A stretch of DNA of 64,000 nt from Sminthopsis crassicaudata (Eukaryota): the NCBI RefSeq assembly GCF_048593235.1, contig NC_133620.1, forward strand, positions 344,797,765 through 344,861,764. Reading direction: 5' to 3'. The notes beneath the pieces are model-generated. The model ran no database searches. It was not told the DNA's origin and saw nothing but the letters and a program-made list of their open reading frames with translations. Numbering within the stretch: the stretch's first letter is position 1; each line of letters begins with the position of its first letter. Below are positions 13,831-27,859 of this stretch, piece by piece. Position numbers and translations under genes: made by a program.

Positions 13831-15043
13831 ATCCTCAACAGTGCCCTTTCCTGCTTGCTTCATCGAATAATCTTATTAGTACTTCAGGCTTCCTCTGCCA
13901 ACTCCTAGTGACCCAGGACCTCATCACTTTTACTCCCAAAGTCCAACATGTTTCTATTCTTGATTGTGCTGTTTTCCATTCTCCATTGTTAAAAGCATAA
14001 CTCAGCATGTTACAGCACATATAAAAGATATCAATTTTAACCTGTTTATTATTCCCCATGGGATAAAGGCCAGTTGAATGGAAAAATGTGGTGTGATAAT
14101 ATAGCCAAGATAAAGACTTATAGATGCTGTGATGGAAAGAATACTGGGTTGGAATACAGAAAATTTGGGTTTAGTAACAAATTTGCCACAGGTGATCATA
14201 GTATTTTGAATAAGAGAATCTTTTAGGTCCTGTTTTTTTAAAAGAGGGAAAAAACTCTGATTGGGTTGGCAGAAACTATAGTCACCTGTTTATGTGACTC
14301 TTCCTTTTCCCAAAATTGTGGGAGCTAAATGTTATAGTTAGTTGATTCCATACTTCAGAGATGGCATTCTTCTCCCTAATTCTAAGCATGTGACTAGGTA
14401 TGTCTTTAGAGCCCTAGTTATAGTCAACATTTTTTGAGGTTTTAACTATGTTACATAATTTGTATGATTGAGCTTCCCTTCTGTCCCCTCATAATTTGAT
14501 CATTTTCATGCTTATCTTAGTACCTCTGGAAGGTACTAACATAAGATTATTTGGTTTCTTAGGGAAAATTGGCTAAAATTGGTAGGAAAGAAAACTGAGT
14601 TCTTGGCTAAAAGTTAGATTTGAATCATTTGTATATTCCCTTCAATTATCCCAGGCTATCCTTTGATCTTTTTGTATGTTTTGGCATGAGCTTGTTGATT
14701 TATAATCATACTTCAACTTGGTTGCCAGCCTAGTTTTCACTCTTGCAGGTTTACATGATTGAACAATGCTTGATTTCAATGGTAGATGAAATAAGAAATG
14801 ACCCTTGCATACAGCAGGTTCATACATTCAAGCAGAGAGATGAGATGTTGTCAACATCAGGTACAAATGCTTTTTATTTTGACAACAGTTATGTTTTAAC
14901 CACTAATCAAAGCTTTTAAAGCTAATTATAACATACCGTTTTTCTTTTAAGCTATGTGAAAAAGCAATTTTGTTTATAAAATGTTTGTGGCCTGGCTGAT
15001 TGTATCTTGGATTTGGTTGTTTATTGCATCATGAAAATATGAT

Positions 15044-15152
15044 AGTGTTTAGATGTACTTATCATATAGAAAGTTTGAAGATTAGTTTGTAGTGGGGGAA
15101 GTGTTTAGATGTACTTATATAGAAAGTTTGAAGATTAGTTTGTAGTGGGGGA
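15044..15152. repeat. Two-copy tandem duplication (56 bp + 53 bp)
   Basis: AGTGTTTAGATGTACTTA(TCA)TATAGAAAGTTTGAAGATTAGTTTGTAGTGGGGGA twice, differing only by a 3-bp indel. Confidence 0.95.
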
Positions 15153-16239
15153 GGTAATGATTATGTACCCTGAATTTTTAAAGCATCTTTCCTACCCAAA
15201 TCACTCATGTTTGCATATTCTCTTCATAGCATTCCTGGAAGGCTAAGAAGAGGTGAGTGAGATTTTTTTGTAGAGAACAAGGTTTAGGGAAGTTAAGTGA
15301 CTTGTTTAAAATATCCTGATTAGTGAAGGAGCTAGTCTTCAAGCCACATTTCCTGACTCCTAGATCTCCACTTAAATGGCTAGCAGCCTAGTTCAGACCC
15401 TTCTCCTCTTGTCTCCTATATTATGGCAACAGCCTTCTGATCAGACTTCTGTCTTCCAATCTATTCCCTCTTAGTTCTATTCTCCACATCAACATCTACA
15501 CAGCTGCCAGAATAATATTATAAAGCATGAATCTGACCATGTAATTCCCTGTCTTAGAAACTTTCATTGTCTCCACATTACCTTCAGGATGAAAAAGATA
15601 CTTAATGTGGCACTGAAAGTGTTTTATAATCTGGTTGCAGTCTTTTTTTTTTTTTTTTTTTTTTTCTGTCTATTGATGAGGATTAATTAACAAACATTTT
15701 AGTATAGAAACAACAAAAAGAAGCTCTAGTTTTGGTTTGGTTTTAAAAAAGTATATTAAATTATACAGTAAAAAGGAAATTGTCCTGTTTGTTTTTTCTA
15801 AGCTTTTTTTTTTTTGGTGTATTTTAATGTTTTAATAGATTTTTTTTTTTGTTTTTTGCATCTTTTAATGCTCACGAAATCAGTGTTGTTCCTTCCCTCC
15901 TTCCTTTACAAGAAGGCTGGTTAAGCAGAAGATATCAACACACTGACCATGTCTGAAAATGTAGATCTCAATTGCAGACAACTTTTCAACCTTATTGCAT
16001 ATTGTTCATTTATTTCATATAAGCCAAAGTTGGTATTTTATTTGCATGCCTTTACACAGGCTGTGTTTCTCTCAAGCCTGGAATTTACTCTTCTTAATTC
16101 CATTTAAGAATTGTTAGCTAAGTTTATTGAAAGCTTGGTTAAAATTCTACTTTGATACTGGTGAAGCCTTGTCTGATTGCTTCAGATCCTAGTCCCTTCC
16201 TCTGAAACTACCATTAATTTACTTTGTTTTGTCATAGAG

Positions 16240-16450
16240 ATTGTATAACATAGAGGATAGAGTCAGCCTGACCTCAGATTTAGGAAGCTCTTTTCTGGCA
16301 ATTCTGGCTGAGGGACTGGGCAGATCACTTAATCTCTCAGTGTTCCAATTAACTCTTGTAGGGCTAAATTGGAGAGAAGACTGATTTACTGTGAATAGAG
16401 GAAAGTCTTTACTAGTAATTTCCTCCACTTACTACAAGATTGGTCCTCCT
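16240..16450 (+). mobile_element. Old marsupial SINE (MdoRep1/Mar3-like); a related copy lies at about 36640-36835
   Basis: tRNA/CORE-like head followed by a ...CTCAGTGTTCC..AACTCT..AGAGGAAAGT.. tail shared by both copies. Family name is from recall. Confidence 0.4.
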
Positions 16451-16928
16451 TAAAAATATATATACTTATATGGATGCATATTATTGTTGCTTAATGGTCC
16501 TTGAGGGAAGAATGGTTTTATTTGTTGTAAAACCTGGCACATAATAGGTACCTCTCTCTGCCTTTAGGTAGGCTATCTCCTATTCTTGGAATTTACCCTT
16601 TTTTTTTTTTTTTAAACCTACATTTTTAGAGTCCTTTGCTTTTTAAATTTTTATTATTTTTTTTGAGGTTAAGCAAGTGTATATACCACTTCCCTAGTTA
16701 TTTGGGATTTCTTACTTCTTCAAATTAATATGTATACCTTTGCTTTATTGTTTGCATTTCTCCTCTCCTCCCCTCAGTAGAATTAATATAAGCTTCTAAA
16801 GGATGGGGAGGGACCATTTATTTTATAATAAATATGATAAAATGCTTTTTTGCAGTTGAATTGTATTGCTTTTTTAGGCAGTAAGCCAAAACCAAAACAC
16901 CTCTCTGACTTGTTTGCTATTAAAAGAA

Positions 16929-18392
16929 TTTTTTTTTGTTTATGTATATATTTTTTATTCTTTTTTGTAATTTTTTATTAATTTTTATAATTATAACATT
17001 TTCTTTGACAGTACATATGCATAGGTAATTTTTTTTTTTTTTTAACAGCATTATCTCTTGTACTCCCTTCTGTTCCAAATTTTTCCCCTTCTTCCCTCCA
17101 CCCCCTCCCCTAGATGGCGGGCACTTCCATACATATTAAATATCTTATAGAATATCCTAGGTACAATATATATGTGCAGCACCAAATTTTGTTGTTGTTG
17201 TTGTTACAAAGGAAGGATTGTATTTGGAAGGTAAAAATAATCTGGGAAGAAAAACAAAACAAAACAAAAAAAAACCCAATGCTCACAGTTTACACTCATT
17301 TCTCAGTGTTCCTTTTCTGGATGTAGCTGATTCTGTCCATCATTGATCAATTGGAATTGGATTAGCTCTTCTCTATGTTGAAGATATCCACTTCCATCAG
17401 AATACATCCTCATACAGTATCATTGTTGAAGTGTATAATGACCTCCTGGTTCTGCTCGTTTCCCTCAGCATCAGTTGATGTAAGTCTCTCCAAGCCTCTC
17501 TGTATTCATCCTGCTGGTCATTTCTTACAGAACAATAATATTCCATAACATTCATATACCAAGATTTACCCAACCATTCTCCAATTGATGGACATCCATT
17601 CATTTTCCAGTTTCTAGCCACTATGAAAAGGGCTGCCACAAACATTTTGGCACATACAGGTCCCTTTCCCTTTTTTAGTATTTCCTTGGAATATAAGCCC
17701 AGTAGTAGCACTGCTGGGTCAAAGGGTATGCACATTTTGATAACTTTGGGCATAGTTCCAGATTGCTCTCCAGAATGGTTGGATTCTTTCACAACTTCAC
17801 CAACAATGCATCAGTATCCCAGTTTTCCCACAGCCCCTCCAACATTCATCATTATTTGTTCCTGTCATCTTAGCCAGTCTGACAGGTGTGTAATGATATC
17901 TCAAAGTTGTCTTAATTTGCATTTCTCTGATCAATAGTGATTTGGAACACTCTTTCATATGAGTGGAAATAGTTTTAATTTCATCATCTGAAAATTGTTC
18001 ATATCCTTTGACCATTTATCAATTGGAGAATGGCTTGATTTCTTATAAATTAAAGTCAATTCTCTGTATATTTTGGAGATGAGGCCTTTATCAGAACCTT
18101 TAACTGTAAAAATGTTTTCCCAATTTGTTACTTCCCTTCTAATCTTGTTTGCATTAGTTTTGTTTGTGCAGAAATTTTTTAATTTGGTGTAATCAAAATT
18201 TTCTATTTTGTGATCAATAATGGTCTCTAGTTCTCCCTTGGACACAAACTCCTTCCTCCTCCACAAGTCTGAGAGGTAAACCATCCTATGTTCCTCCAAT
18301 TTATTTATGATTTCGTTCTTTATGCCTAAATCTTGGACCCATTTTGATCTTAGTATGTGGTGTTAAATGTGGGTCCATGCCTAGTTTCTGCC
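16929..18392 (-). mobile_element. 5'-truncated LINE-1 (ORF2 C-terminus, 3' UTR, poly-A) with target-site duplication
   Basis: ORF pieces CIPFDPAVLLLGLY..KMFVAALFIVARNWK and HMKECSKSLLIREMQIKTTLRYHYTPVRLAKM are L1 ORF2p. ATTAAAAGAA occurs at 16919-16928 and 18393-18402. Confidence 0.95.
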
Positions 18393-20879
18393 ATTAAAAG
18401 AAGTTTTACATGGATATAGCTTTCAGGTTTTACAAAATTTTCTTTTTGAGCTAGTTAGTGTGGCTCAGTGTATAATGGGCTTAGATACCATAAAACCTTG
18501 GCTCAGATACCAAATCAGACATTATAGTCTGAGACCCTGTTACTACTACTGTAAAATGAGGATGGCAGTAGCACTTAGCTCACAACTTTGTAGTTAGGAC
18601 CTCAAATGAGATGTCAAGACCTTTATAATCATTAAATGTCTGTAGCCCAAAACAGATTTCTGCTAAAAATGGAAATATGTATCATTTTCTGACTAAACTC
18701 ATCAAAATGGAGTTCTTAGGCCTTCTTCAGTCTGGTATCATTTAGTCAAATGGATATCTTTCCTTTTAGTAATTAATGTGATCTGTTACTCTCACAGCAT
18801 TCCTATGCATTCCCCTTTTTATAGAAGAATCTGGAAAGAAGAGGGGAACCCTAAATGCTAACATAGTTAAGGACCAAAAAAAAAAAATTTTTTTTTTTTT
18901 TTTTTTTTACAAAGTTGTTGATAGATTTTTCAGTGAGAACAAAACAACCTTTCTGATCAAAAAGGTTGCATTATTAAAAACTACAAGGTAAGTGCATTCT
19001 TAGATTATAAGGTTGGTAGAAATGCAAAAGAGCATGTAGAAAGAGATGACTGAAAGTGGCTGATCCTTTTGAGACACTTAAAAAAGGAATTTTGCAGGAA
19101 AAAAAAATTAGAATAGAGCAGTGGTGAATAACTAAAGCCCCAAACTACAAGAAACCAAGGAGTTTGATGTCTAAAAAGATTGTGAGATTTTTAGATCTAT
19201 TGAAAAAGTCTCTTGAGATCCTGAATGTTGTAAACTTGGAGCAGGAGACAGTCCTCTTCCCAGAATTGAAACAGATATTGAAATGGACTCCATCTTGCTA
19301 CTCTCTTTAGTTACCCTAAGGTTTTTTTTTTTTTTTTTTTTTTTGAGTTATAGCAACTCTTAGAGACTTATGGTGCCTTTATTTTAGGACAGCTGGTTGC
19401 AAGTCTTAGAACATAGTGAAAAAGAAGGAGCTGAGTTTCTTTTGCGGTTCGGAATTCACGCTCAACATGTTTTCTTTGGGATGGCCCTTCTTCCTTTAAA
19501 CTGGGAAGTCTCTGGTTTCCTTGACACATAATGAGATTGTATGTCCAGACCTGGTGTGACCTTAGAAACCAACTGCTTCTCAATCCTTTTATTTTAGAAT
19601 GAACCTAGAAACATTAAGGGACTCGTTCAAGTTGTTACAGGCAATAAGAGTCTAGGAACAGGATTTCCACTATGGTCCTTTGCTTCCAAATCTGGGTACC
19701 TTTCCACTTTGCCATTCTGTTTGCTTTCCCATTACATCTGGGATTGTTGAAATCATTTAGTCATCAAATACCAACTTTCAAAACATCTTGCTAGGGGTAT
19801 ATGTTTTGTTGTTTTCTTTTCTCTTAATTACTGAATAGAATAAGAGATTGATTGATCTACTAGTTTTATAGGGATTGTGTGTGACTAAGAATCTTGAATA
19901 TTAAAATGCCCAGTATCAAGTTCCTACTGTCTCTTTGCTACTAAAAGAAGGGTTGGTTAGCAGAAAAGGAAGAAGGTTCTTAAATGGTTTCTTAGGGACG
20001 CCTGCAAAATGAAAGGAAACTTCAGGTTCAAGTGTTTAAGGAGTAATTGCAATTGAGCTGTATTCTGCCAGTAACAAATATTTTATTTTACATTTTCAGG
20101 TTATTAGGCCCATGGTGCTCATTTTCTGAAGTTGCCTACACCTTTTATGTGGATACTATTTAGGAAGTGACATAAGCCAGAAGGTTGGCCTTGAAAGACA
20201 TGCCAAATATTGGTCATAGAATCCTGATCCATGTTGTGTTTTAGAAGGTATAATGGGTTCTGGAGTCAGTGTCCTCAATTATACAGTGAGAACGATGCCC
20301 TGGATGACCTTTCTCATCCAATTCTAGTCTATGATCCTCTGATCTGGGTTCAAATGCCAGATCTGACTCTTTGTAATTATTTAACTTCTTTCCTCATCTG
20401 TAACATGAAGGTAGTAGACTAGATAATCTTCCAAAGTTCCTTCTAGTTTTATATGTTTGAGGCTTGCCTTACTAAGTTGTAACTAAATCATATAATTTTT
20501 CTTCCAAGGACAAGTTTTTTTTCTTTTTCAAGTCAGTTTGGTAATATGTCTTAAAAGTTAAGCTAATAAATGAACTGAGGAAATCATATAGGTATATTTC
20601 ATAGTAAAATCCTGAATCTATAAACACAAAAATTAGGCGGTGATTATTTGATTTGTATAGAAGTAATTTAGTCACAACTTATTTGACACAATTTATTTTT
20701 ACTAATTTTTTGTTTTGTGAACTTAACAAATATCAACCCACATATTTACATTTACAAGAAAAACCCAATATAAAAAAGGATTCTATATGACATTATGACT
20801 ATTGCATACCACTTAGTAAATGTATTTAATAATATTAAATGTAGTGTAATTTTACCAACATTTACTTATCTTTGTTCTT

Positions 20880-21260
20880 CTGAACTGTCTTTACTTTTCT
20901 TTATTTTTAAATTTTTATCTTTTTTTAATCACTCTCATTGCTCTCTCTCAAAAAAGCTTTCCATTGTAACAAACAAGTATAGCCAGACAAAACAGATTAA
21001 TTGATTGTCTCTCTCTGATAATATATGCTTCATTTAACATTTTCAGTCCATCATCTCTCTGCTAAAAAGTGGAAGTGTATCATTAGTCATTAGTTTTCTG
21101 TAGTCCCAATTGGTCATTGCATTGATCAGTAATTACATTTTTCAAAGTTGTTTTTTATGCTACTGTAATCTTTGAATAAATTTTTCTTGTTTATCAGTTC
21201 ACACAAGTTTTCAAAGGTTTTTTAATCTCTCCTTTTTTTCATTTCTTATGATGCAGTGTT
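20880..21260 (-). mobile_element. Old marsupial L1 3' end; similar pieces at about 33690-34020, 38130-38500 and 45150-46270
   Basis: Shared motifs such as TGTAACAAACAAGTATAG..CAAAACAGATT and CTGTAGTCCCAATTGGTCATTGCATTGATCAG after a T-rich tail. Confidence 0.5.
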
Positions 21261-21859
21261 CAGGTACAATTTTTTCAAGAACACATAATTTGAAAGTTCT
21301 ATGTAATAATGTTTATAACAGTTTCATTCTTGGGAAACAATTTTTTTTTTTTTTCTGCCTAGAGATTTTCTTGTCCCTTGGTCACTGTTGTTGAACTCTA
21401 AATAGTAAAAATTCATTCCATCATAGCAGTATTAATAGTAATTCCTTTCAGTTATATTGGAAGAGAAGGAAGTCAATTAAAACAGGTTATAGAACAGACT
21501 GCTAGAGGTTTCTGAATTGACATCTGCTCCTCCTGTTGCCCATAGTATTATTTTAGCTGGTGATCAGAAAGAGGACTGATTTGCAGTCATCAAGTGAAAG
21601 GAAATCTCTTCCTATTTTAACATTATTTGGGTGGTAAATACTTCAAGAGATTGATATTGAATCATGGTATCTGTTTCCTTTATAAAATGAGGCCAGAGTA
21701 GATAATCTGCAAGAATCTCCAAGGTTTCTTCCAGTTCTCAAAATTTGATATCTTTGATACCTTTGGATTATTTGAATTATTAGAAGGAAATCGGTGTTGG
21801 AATAAGTCCAGGTATCTTGAAAATCAATAAAGTTTTCTGATGATGAGCATATGGCTCCA

Positions 21860-23100
21860 GAATAAGCATTTAGTTAATATATGTTATATGCTAGGCATTA
21901 TGTTGCTATGGAGATATAGAGACAAAAATTAGAGTCTCTGCCATTAAGGAACTNNNNNNNNNNNNNNNNNNNNNNNNNNNNNNNNNNNNNNNNNNNNNNN
22001 NNNNNNNNNNNNNNNNNNNNNNNNNNNNNNNNNNNNNNNNNNNNNNNNNNNNNNNNNNNNNNNNNNNNNNNNNNNNNNNNNNNNNNNNNNNNNNNNNNNN
22101 NNNNNNNNNNNNNNNNNNNNNNNNNTTGGAGAGCACTACCAACTGGGACAATAAAAGCCTTCTTGGGAATAGTGGCCACTGAGTACAGTTTTGGAGGAAA
22201 TTGGGGATTCTAAGAGATAAAGGTAAAGGTAAGGAAGAAGTGTATTATAGGCATAGAGATGGGAGATGCATTGTTTTATTGTAGAGGAATACTCCAGTTT
22301 TGCTGAAGTGTAGCTTGCCAGTAGAAAAATAAAGTCAAATAAGATTAGAAAGGTAATTTGGGGTCAGATTGTGAAGGATTTAAAGATAAAGTAGAGGAGT
22401 TTTCTTTTGATTCTAGAGAGAGTGGGAATCTATTGGAGTTTATTGCATTTATGGTTATGCCTGTGCTTTAGGAAAATCACATTAATAGCTTTTGCGGGGG
22501 TGAATTGGAGTGGGGAGAGACTTGTGGCAGAGGGAGACCAATTACGAGCTATTTTATTAGTCAGCAAAAGATGTGACAATGACCTGAATTAGGAAAGTTG
22601 CAGTGTGAGAAGAAAGAAAGAAGGGAGTGAGCATAATGTTGTGCAGGTAGAAATGACAAGACAATCAGTAAGACACGTATAGATCAGGTTAGGGTGAGTT
22701 AGAAGCTGAAGAAAATACTGAAATGGTGAGTCTGGCTGACTGGAGGATTGGTGTTACTCTCAATAGAAATAGGAAATTTAGGATGAGTGAATTTAGCAGA
22801 GAAGATAATGACACCCATGGGATATCCATTTGAAGATAGGAGATTTAAAGCTCAGGGGAGAGACTAGAGCTGGATATATAGATCTGGGAGTCTTCTGTAT
22901 AGAGATGATAATTAAACACAAGGGAGCCTCTGATGTCAGAGAGAGATGGAGCAGTCAGACAGGTAGGAGAGAACCAAGAAAGAGTATTCCAGGAGGAGAA
23001 TGTGTTCAATAATGTCAAATGCTGCAGAAAAGTTAAGAAAAAGGACTAAGAAGAGGCCATCTGATCGGGCAAAAAGATCATTAATGATTTTGGAGACAGC
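21860..23100 (-). mobile_element. LINE-2 fragments interrupted by an assembly gap
   Basis: L2 3' end AAGCATTTAGTTAATATATG..CTAGGCATTATG..AAGGAACT and a purine-rich L2 body. Confidence 0.6.
21954..22125. other. Assembly gap (N run)
   Basis: Run of N. Confidence 0.99.
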
Positions 23101-25713
23101 ACATCTGTCTTCTGCCTGCTAATGTGGTGGACATTTGCTCACGGTTTCAGTTGATTGTCAGAAAAAGGAAAGGGGTGAGAACTGAGTCATAGACAAAGTG
23201 ATGCCAATCAATATAGACAAGTTTAGGCCTTTGGATTTGAAAGGAAGTAGAGGTTACAGGTCAGTAGAATGAGAGGATCATAGTCTAGTTAATTTTTTTT
23301 TTTCCTAATTGTAGGCAGCAGTAGATCTGGAGAGACTGAAGATGGGGGTGGTGGGATCAATCTGCCTGATAATTGAGATTGGGAAAACAAAAATAAGCCC
23401 AAATACTTAGCCCATAATGAATTGGTTTCTAATGGTTCTTCTATAGACCCCATTATCTATAAGTATTTAGGATCAAATTTGAGGGCTAGAAAAGAATAGA
23501 GATTATTTAGTTACAGCTTTGCTTAAACTTTCACAGATATTTCCTTTTTTCTTTAAACGTCTACTTTGTACCTAGCTTGTCAGAATACTATTAATGTTTA
23601 ATCTAAAACACTTTTGAGATTTTAACTCAATTTATCTATTCTCTGATAGATATAAAACAGCTCATTTTGCTACTCCCCTTTACCTCCAAAATATACTTTT
23701 TTATATTTTGAAATCCGTCTACTCTTCACTCAGCCTTGCTTCATTCCACTAAATTGACAGAAGTTTATTATTAGAGATTTTTTTTTTTTTTTTTTTTTTT
23801 TGGGGGGGGGCTAGCATTCTTAAACTTGTTTGGTGTAGAATCTACATATATACTCAAATTGTATAGTCAGCATAATCTTGTCAGAAACAGCTTTCATCTG
23901 GTCCTGTATTGGGTGATTTTGTTTTCTTGCAGTAAACATTTTTGAAGGAAGTTTGGACTATTGAAAATGAGAGACTGGATTCTGCTTGCTAATGTGGTAG
24001 ACATCTGTACAGTAATTCTTCCCTCCCCTCCCTCCTCTCTTCTAGCTGTTCTGGGATCTCATTAGAGAGCCCCTACTATATTACTTTTGCAGCCCTTATA
24101 TTCTTTCCATTCATGGTCTTTATTCTTTCTTTTCTTGGAATCTTCTGTTTCTAAGAGGCTGGTTGGAAAGTGCAGTAGAATGGATTCCCCCCTCTATGAA
24201 GAGGGTTGTCTTAGTGACTCAAGACTATTTTGTTGTTGCTGAAAATATTCCACCAGAATCTCTTTTATAGAAATTGTTTCAGAAGCCATGAGCCTCTCTT
24301 GCTGCTGTTTTTTTGCAAAGGCCTTATGGAATGATGTCTGCCTTATTTGCTTGTTTCTTTAAAGCTACTTTCCATTGGGTCAAAAACAGCATAAAAAGAT
24401 TTGAAAAGATATGTACAGTATTGCAAGTCTTTGACTACTATAGTATTTATCCTTTTTTTCTTCCCTGTTTCTTTCAACTTGAAATGCTATGCATGTACCC
24501 AAATCGACAAGTCAAGGAATAGCAAGTTTTTTGGCAGAAACTTCCCTTACTCTGAATTGTAATAAATTGCCTCTGAAACTCAGATAACAGGTGTTGGGTG
24601 GGGGAGACAGGGGACAGGGACAGCAGTTCTTGAAAGGGATTTTCATATCAGCCTTAACTTTTTTGTGTGTGTTTTTGCTATGAAGAATTAGATATTTTAG
24701 GTTTTTTTTTTTTTTTTTTTACTCTTCTGTTATTGTGCAAGAGTTGTACTTTTGAAGAAATACTGAGGCTGCAATAATGAAATTGTATTCCCAGGTGTAA
24801 TTTATGTTATTTGGAGATTCTGATCTCTGAGGCACTGTGTGCACAATGCAGCTATAGCATCCCCCCTGTCTTTTAAGAAGTTGACATTCTGGAGATGAAA
24901 AGGACCAATCTTTGTATAAGCCTTATAGGTTTATTATTATCATACAGTTAACTATTGCTTGGCCATGTTAATGGGAAGGAAAAAGCATTTATTAAGTATG
25001 TAATAAGTGCCAAGTGCTTAAATCCTTTATAAATATGAAGAGGAATAGTGAAGGGAGTAATGTAGAAATAAACCAAAATTGTTTTTTAAAACATGCTTTT
25101 TCTTGGTAGACTTTCCAGATGTATTTTGACTTATTAAAGTGAATTTTTGTACTTTTGGGACTTGGCACTACACTGGCTGATAGTATGAAAGTGGGACCAA
25201 AAATATTTTTGGTATTTAGGGAAAGTTATCCTTGGATTGAAAATAGGGAAAATTCACATACAGATAAGAACTGTCCCAAGAGGTCATAATCTGTACTGTG
25301 TGTTGTTTCTTTTCTAGTTTCTGTTGCATCAGAAGAAAGGAGACAGGGTATAGAAATAGTGCAGTTCAAGCTATTTTATTGTTGAGGAATTTTTGTTTGT
25401 TTTATAGTTTCTAGTGTGAGTGGGGAATAACAATTTCGTGGGCTCCGACTTCTTCATGCAAACACTAAGTTATGGAGTTGGCCAAAAGGGGACTTCATAG
25501 GTTCCAGTTTTTACATCTGAAGGTTTTTGTATTATTACACTACAATGTTAAGAATCAAAACTAGAAAAGCAACTAACATTTCTGGCTTAAGCATGAGGAT
25601 ATTTTTGTTTTTCTTCTCTGCAAGGTTGCCTGCTTGGTTTTCTTTGTTGGGAGAAAAAGACCACCTAAGCCAGTCTTTTTTAGCTTTGTTTTAACTTTTT
25701 TTCAGCATGTTAA

Positions 25714-25890
<177 letters not shown>

Positions 25891-26884
25891 TAAGTGATTG
25901 CTGGAGGGGAGTGGGTGGAGGCTAGAGTCTTCTCTATTTCTTTGCTATTTCTCAGAAGTGATCTCTGTCAAATGCTTGGCCATGCCAATCTGTTTGCCTT
26001 CTTTTAGGTTATCTGAACTTAAAAGACAGGGACTTGTGACCCACAGGTCAGAATCTGGAGATCTGAGTTTTTTCTTATCTATCTCCATGGTGCCTTTCCC
26101 TAAAAGGATAAAAGAAGCTGTTGCTTTTTTATTTTTTTCTTAAAGCATAGTAACTCCTCATTACTTTCTCTTTATAAGTAGTGAAGTAGTACAGATTTTG
26201 CTGTCATTGTTTCATCGAGGGGAATACCCTTTTTACTGCTTCACAAGACCTTTTGCCACAGCAGAAGTCATTTGACATTCCACTAGGTCCCTGTTTAAAA
26301 GATGAAAATACTATACCTTCTCCTTTTATGCTATCTTCACCTGCCCCTTTTAAATGCCAGGGCTTGAACTCACAGATGGCAGCTGGCATCACTGTTGTCA
26401 TGAGGCCAAGCTTTAAGAATCTGAGCATTTACAGGTATGTGAAGGAGCCTTTGTTAGGATTCTCACGGAACTCTGGTCCATTGTTAAGCCATTTGATACA
26501 TAAGAAAGGCAAGGTGACAGGTCAGATGACCAAATTAGAGTTTATCAAAATATGAGGTGTAGCTCTTTTGCTATGAGAGGAATTGTCTCCCTCCAGGACT
26601 CCCTGGACTGCTAAATTGGATCCAGCAGCTCAAGTCTAGCTTTTGTTTGAATCTGAGCTTGGTTTGGAGTTCTGAGTCTATAACCATCAGGCAAGTGAGT
26701 CTCTCTGGGGAATACAATTTTCTAACACTCTTCATGTCCCTCAGACTGTAGAGTGGCTTCCCTGAGCCTCGCTTTTATTTGTTTGGTGTTACCTTCCTTC
26801 ATTTTAAGTGCATATTCCCTTTAAAAAAACCAAACAAACAAACAAAAAAAACTTAATGTATAGTGATGAGCAAGTGTTCAATAG

Positions 26885-27208
<324 letters not shown>

Positions 27209-27859
27209 TGACAGAATCATGTAGTAAAATAGCAATTGCTGCTTTTGCATGTTTCTTTGCACGTCTTGCTACTTAAGATCAACTTTTTGTTATGCCTTTT
27301 ACTTTCATGTCACAGATTCTTTATAAATATCCACTGTAACAGCTCATAAAGGAGTTCAGTAAGAACCTTTGTGTCAAAGAGGATTCTTTGTCTCCTCAAC
27401 TAGCTCTACAGTAATCCATTGTTGTAGAACTGGAATCAAACCATTTGCCATTAAACCTATATTCATCCATTCATTTATTTATTCAGTCAGTGTTTGTGGC
27501 TGCTGTGTGCAATGCTCTGTGCTAGCTGTTTGTGGAGATGCAGAAGGAATATCCCTATCTTACTGTCCTTAAAAATTTAAGCTTATTGTTTAATAAAGGA
27601 GATCAGATATGTACATAAATAATTATAATATAGGACATGATAGAATAACTAGAAATGTGAATGAAATGCTGTAGGAACTCACAATTCCGAGATAGGAGAT
27701 TATGGCCAGCTGGGGAAGTCGGGGAAGAAGAGTGAGGAACTAAACAGTCAAAGTCACCCCGGCTTACAATTTCAGTGTCCCCTTGAATGTTTTTTGTACA
27801 CTCAATCCACACACATGTAATCTGTTGCCAAGTGTTGTTTCTACCTATACAACATCTCT

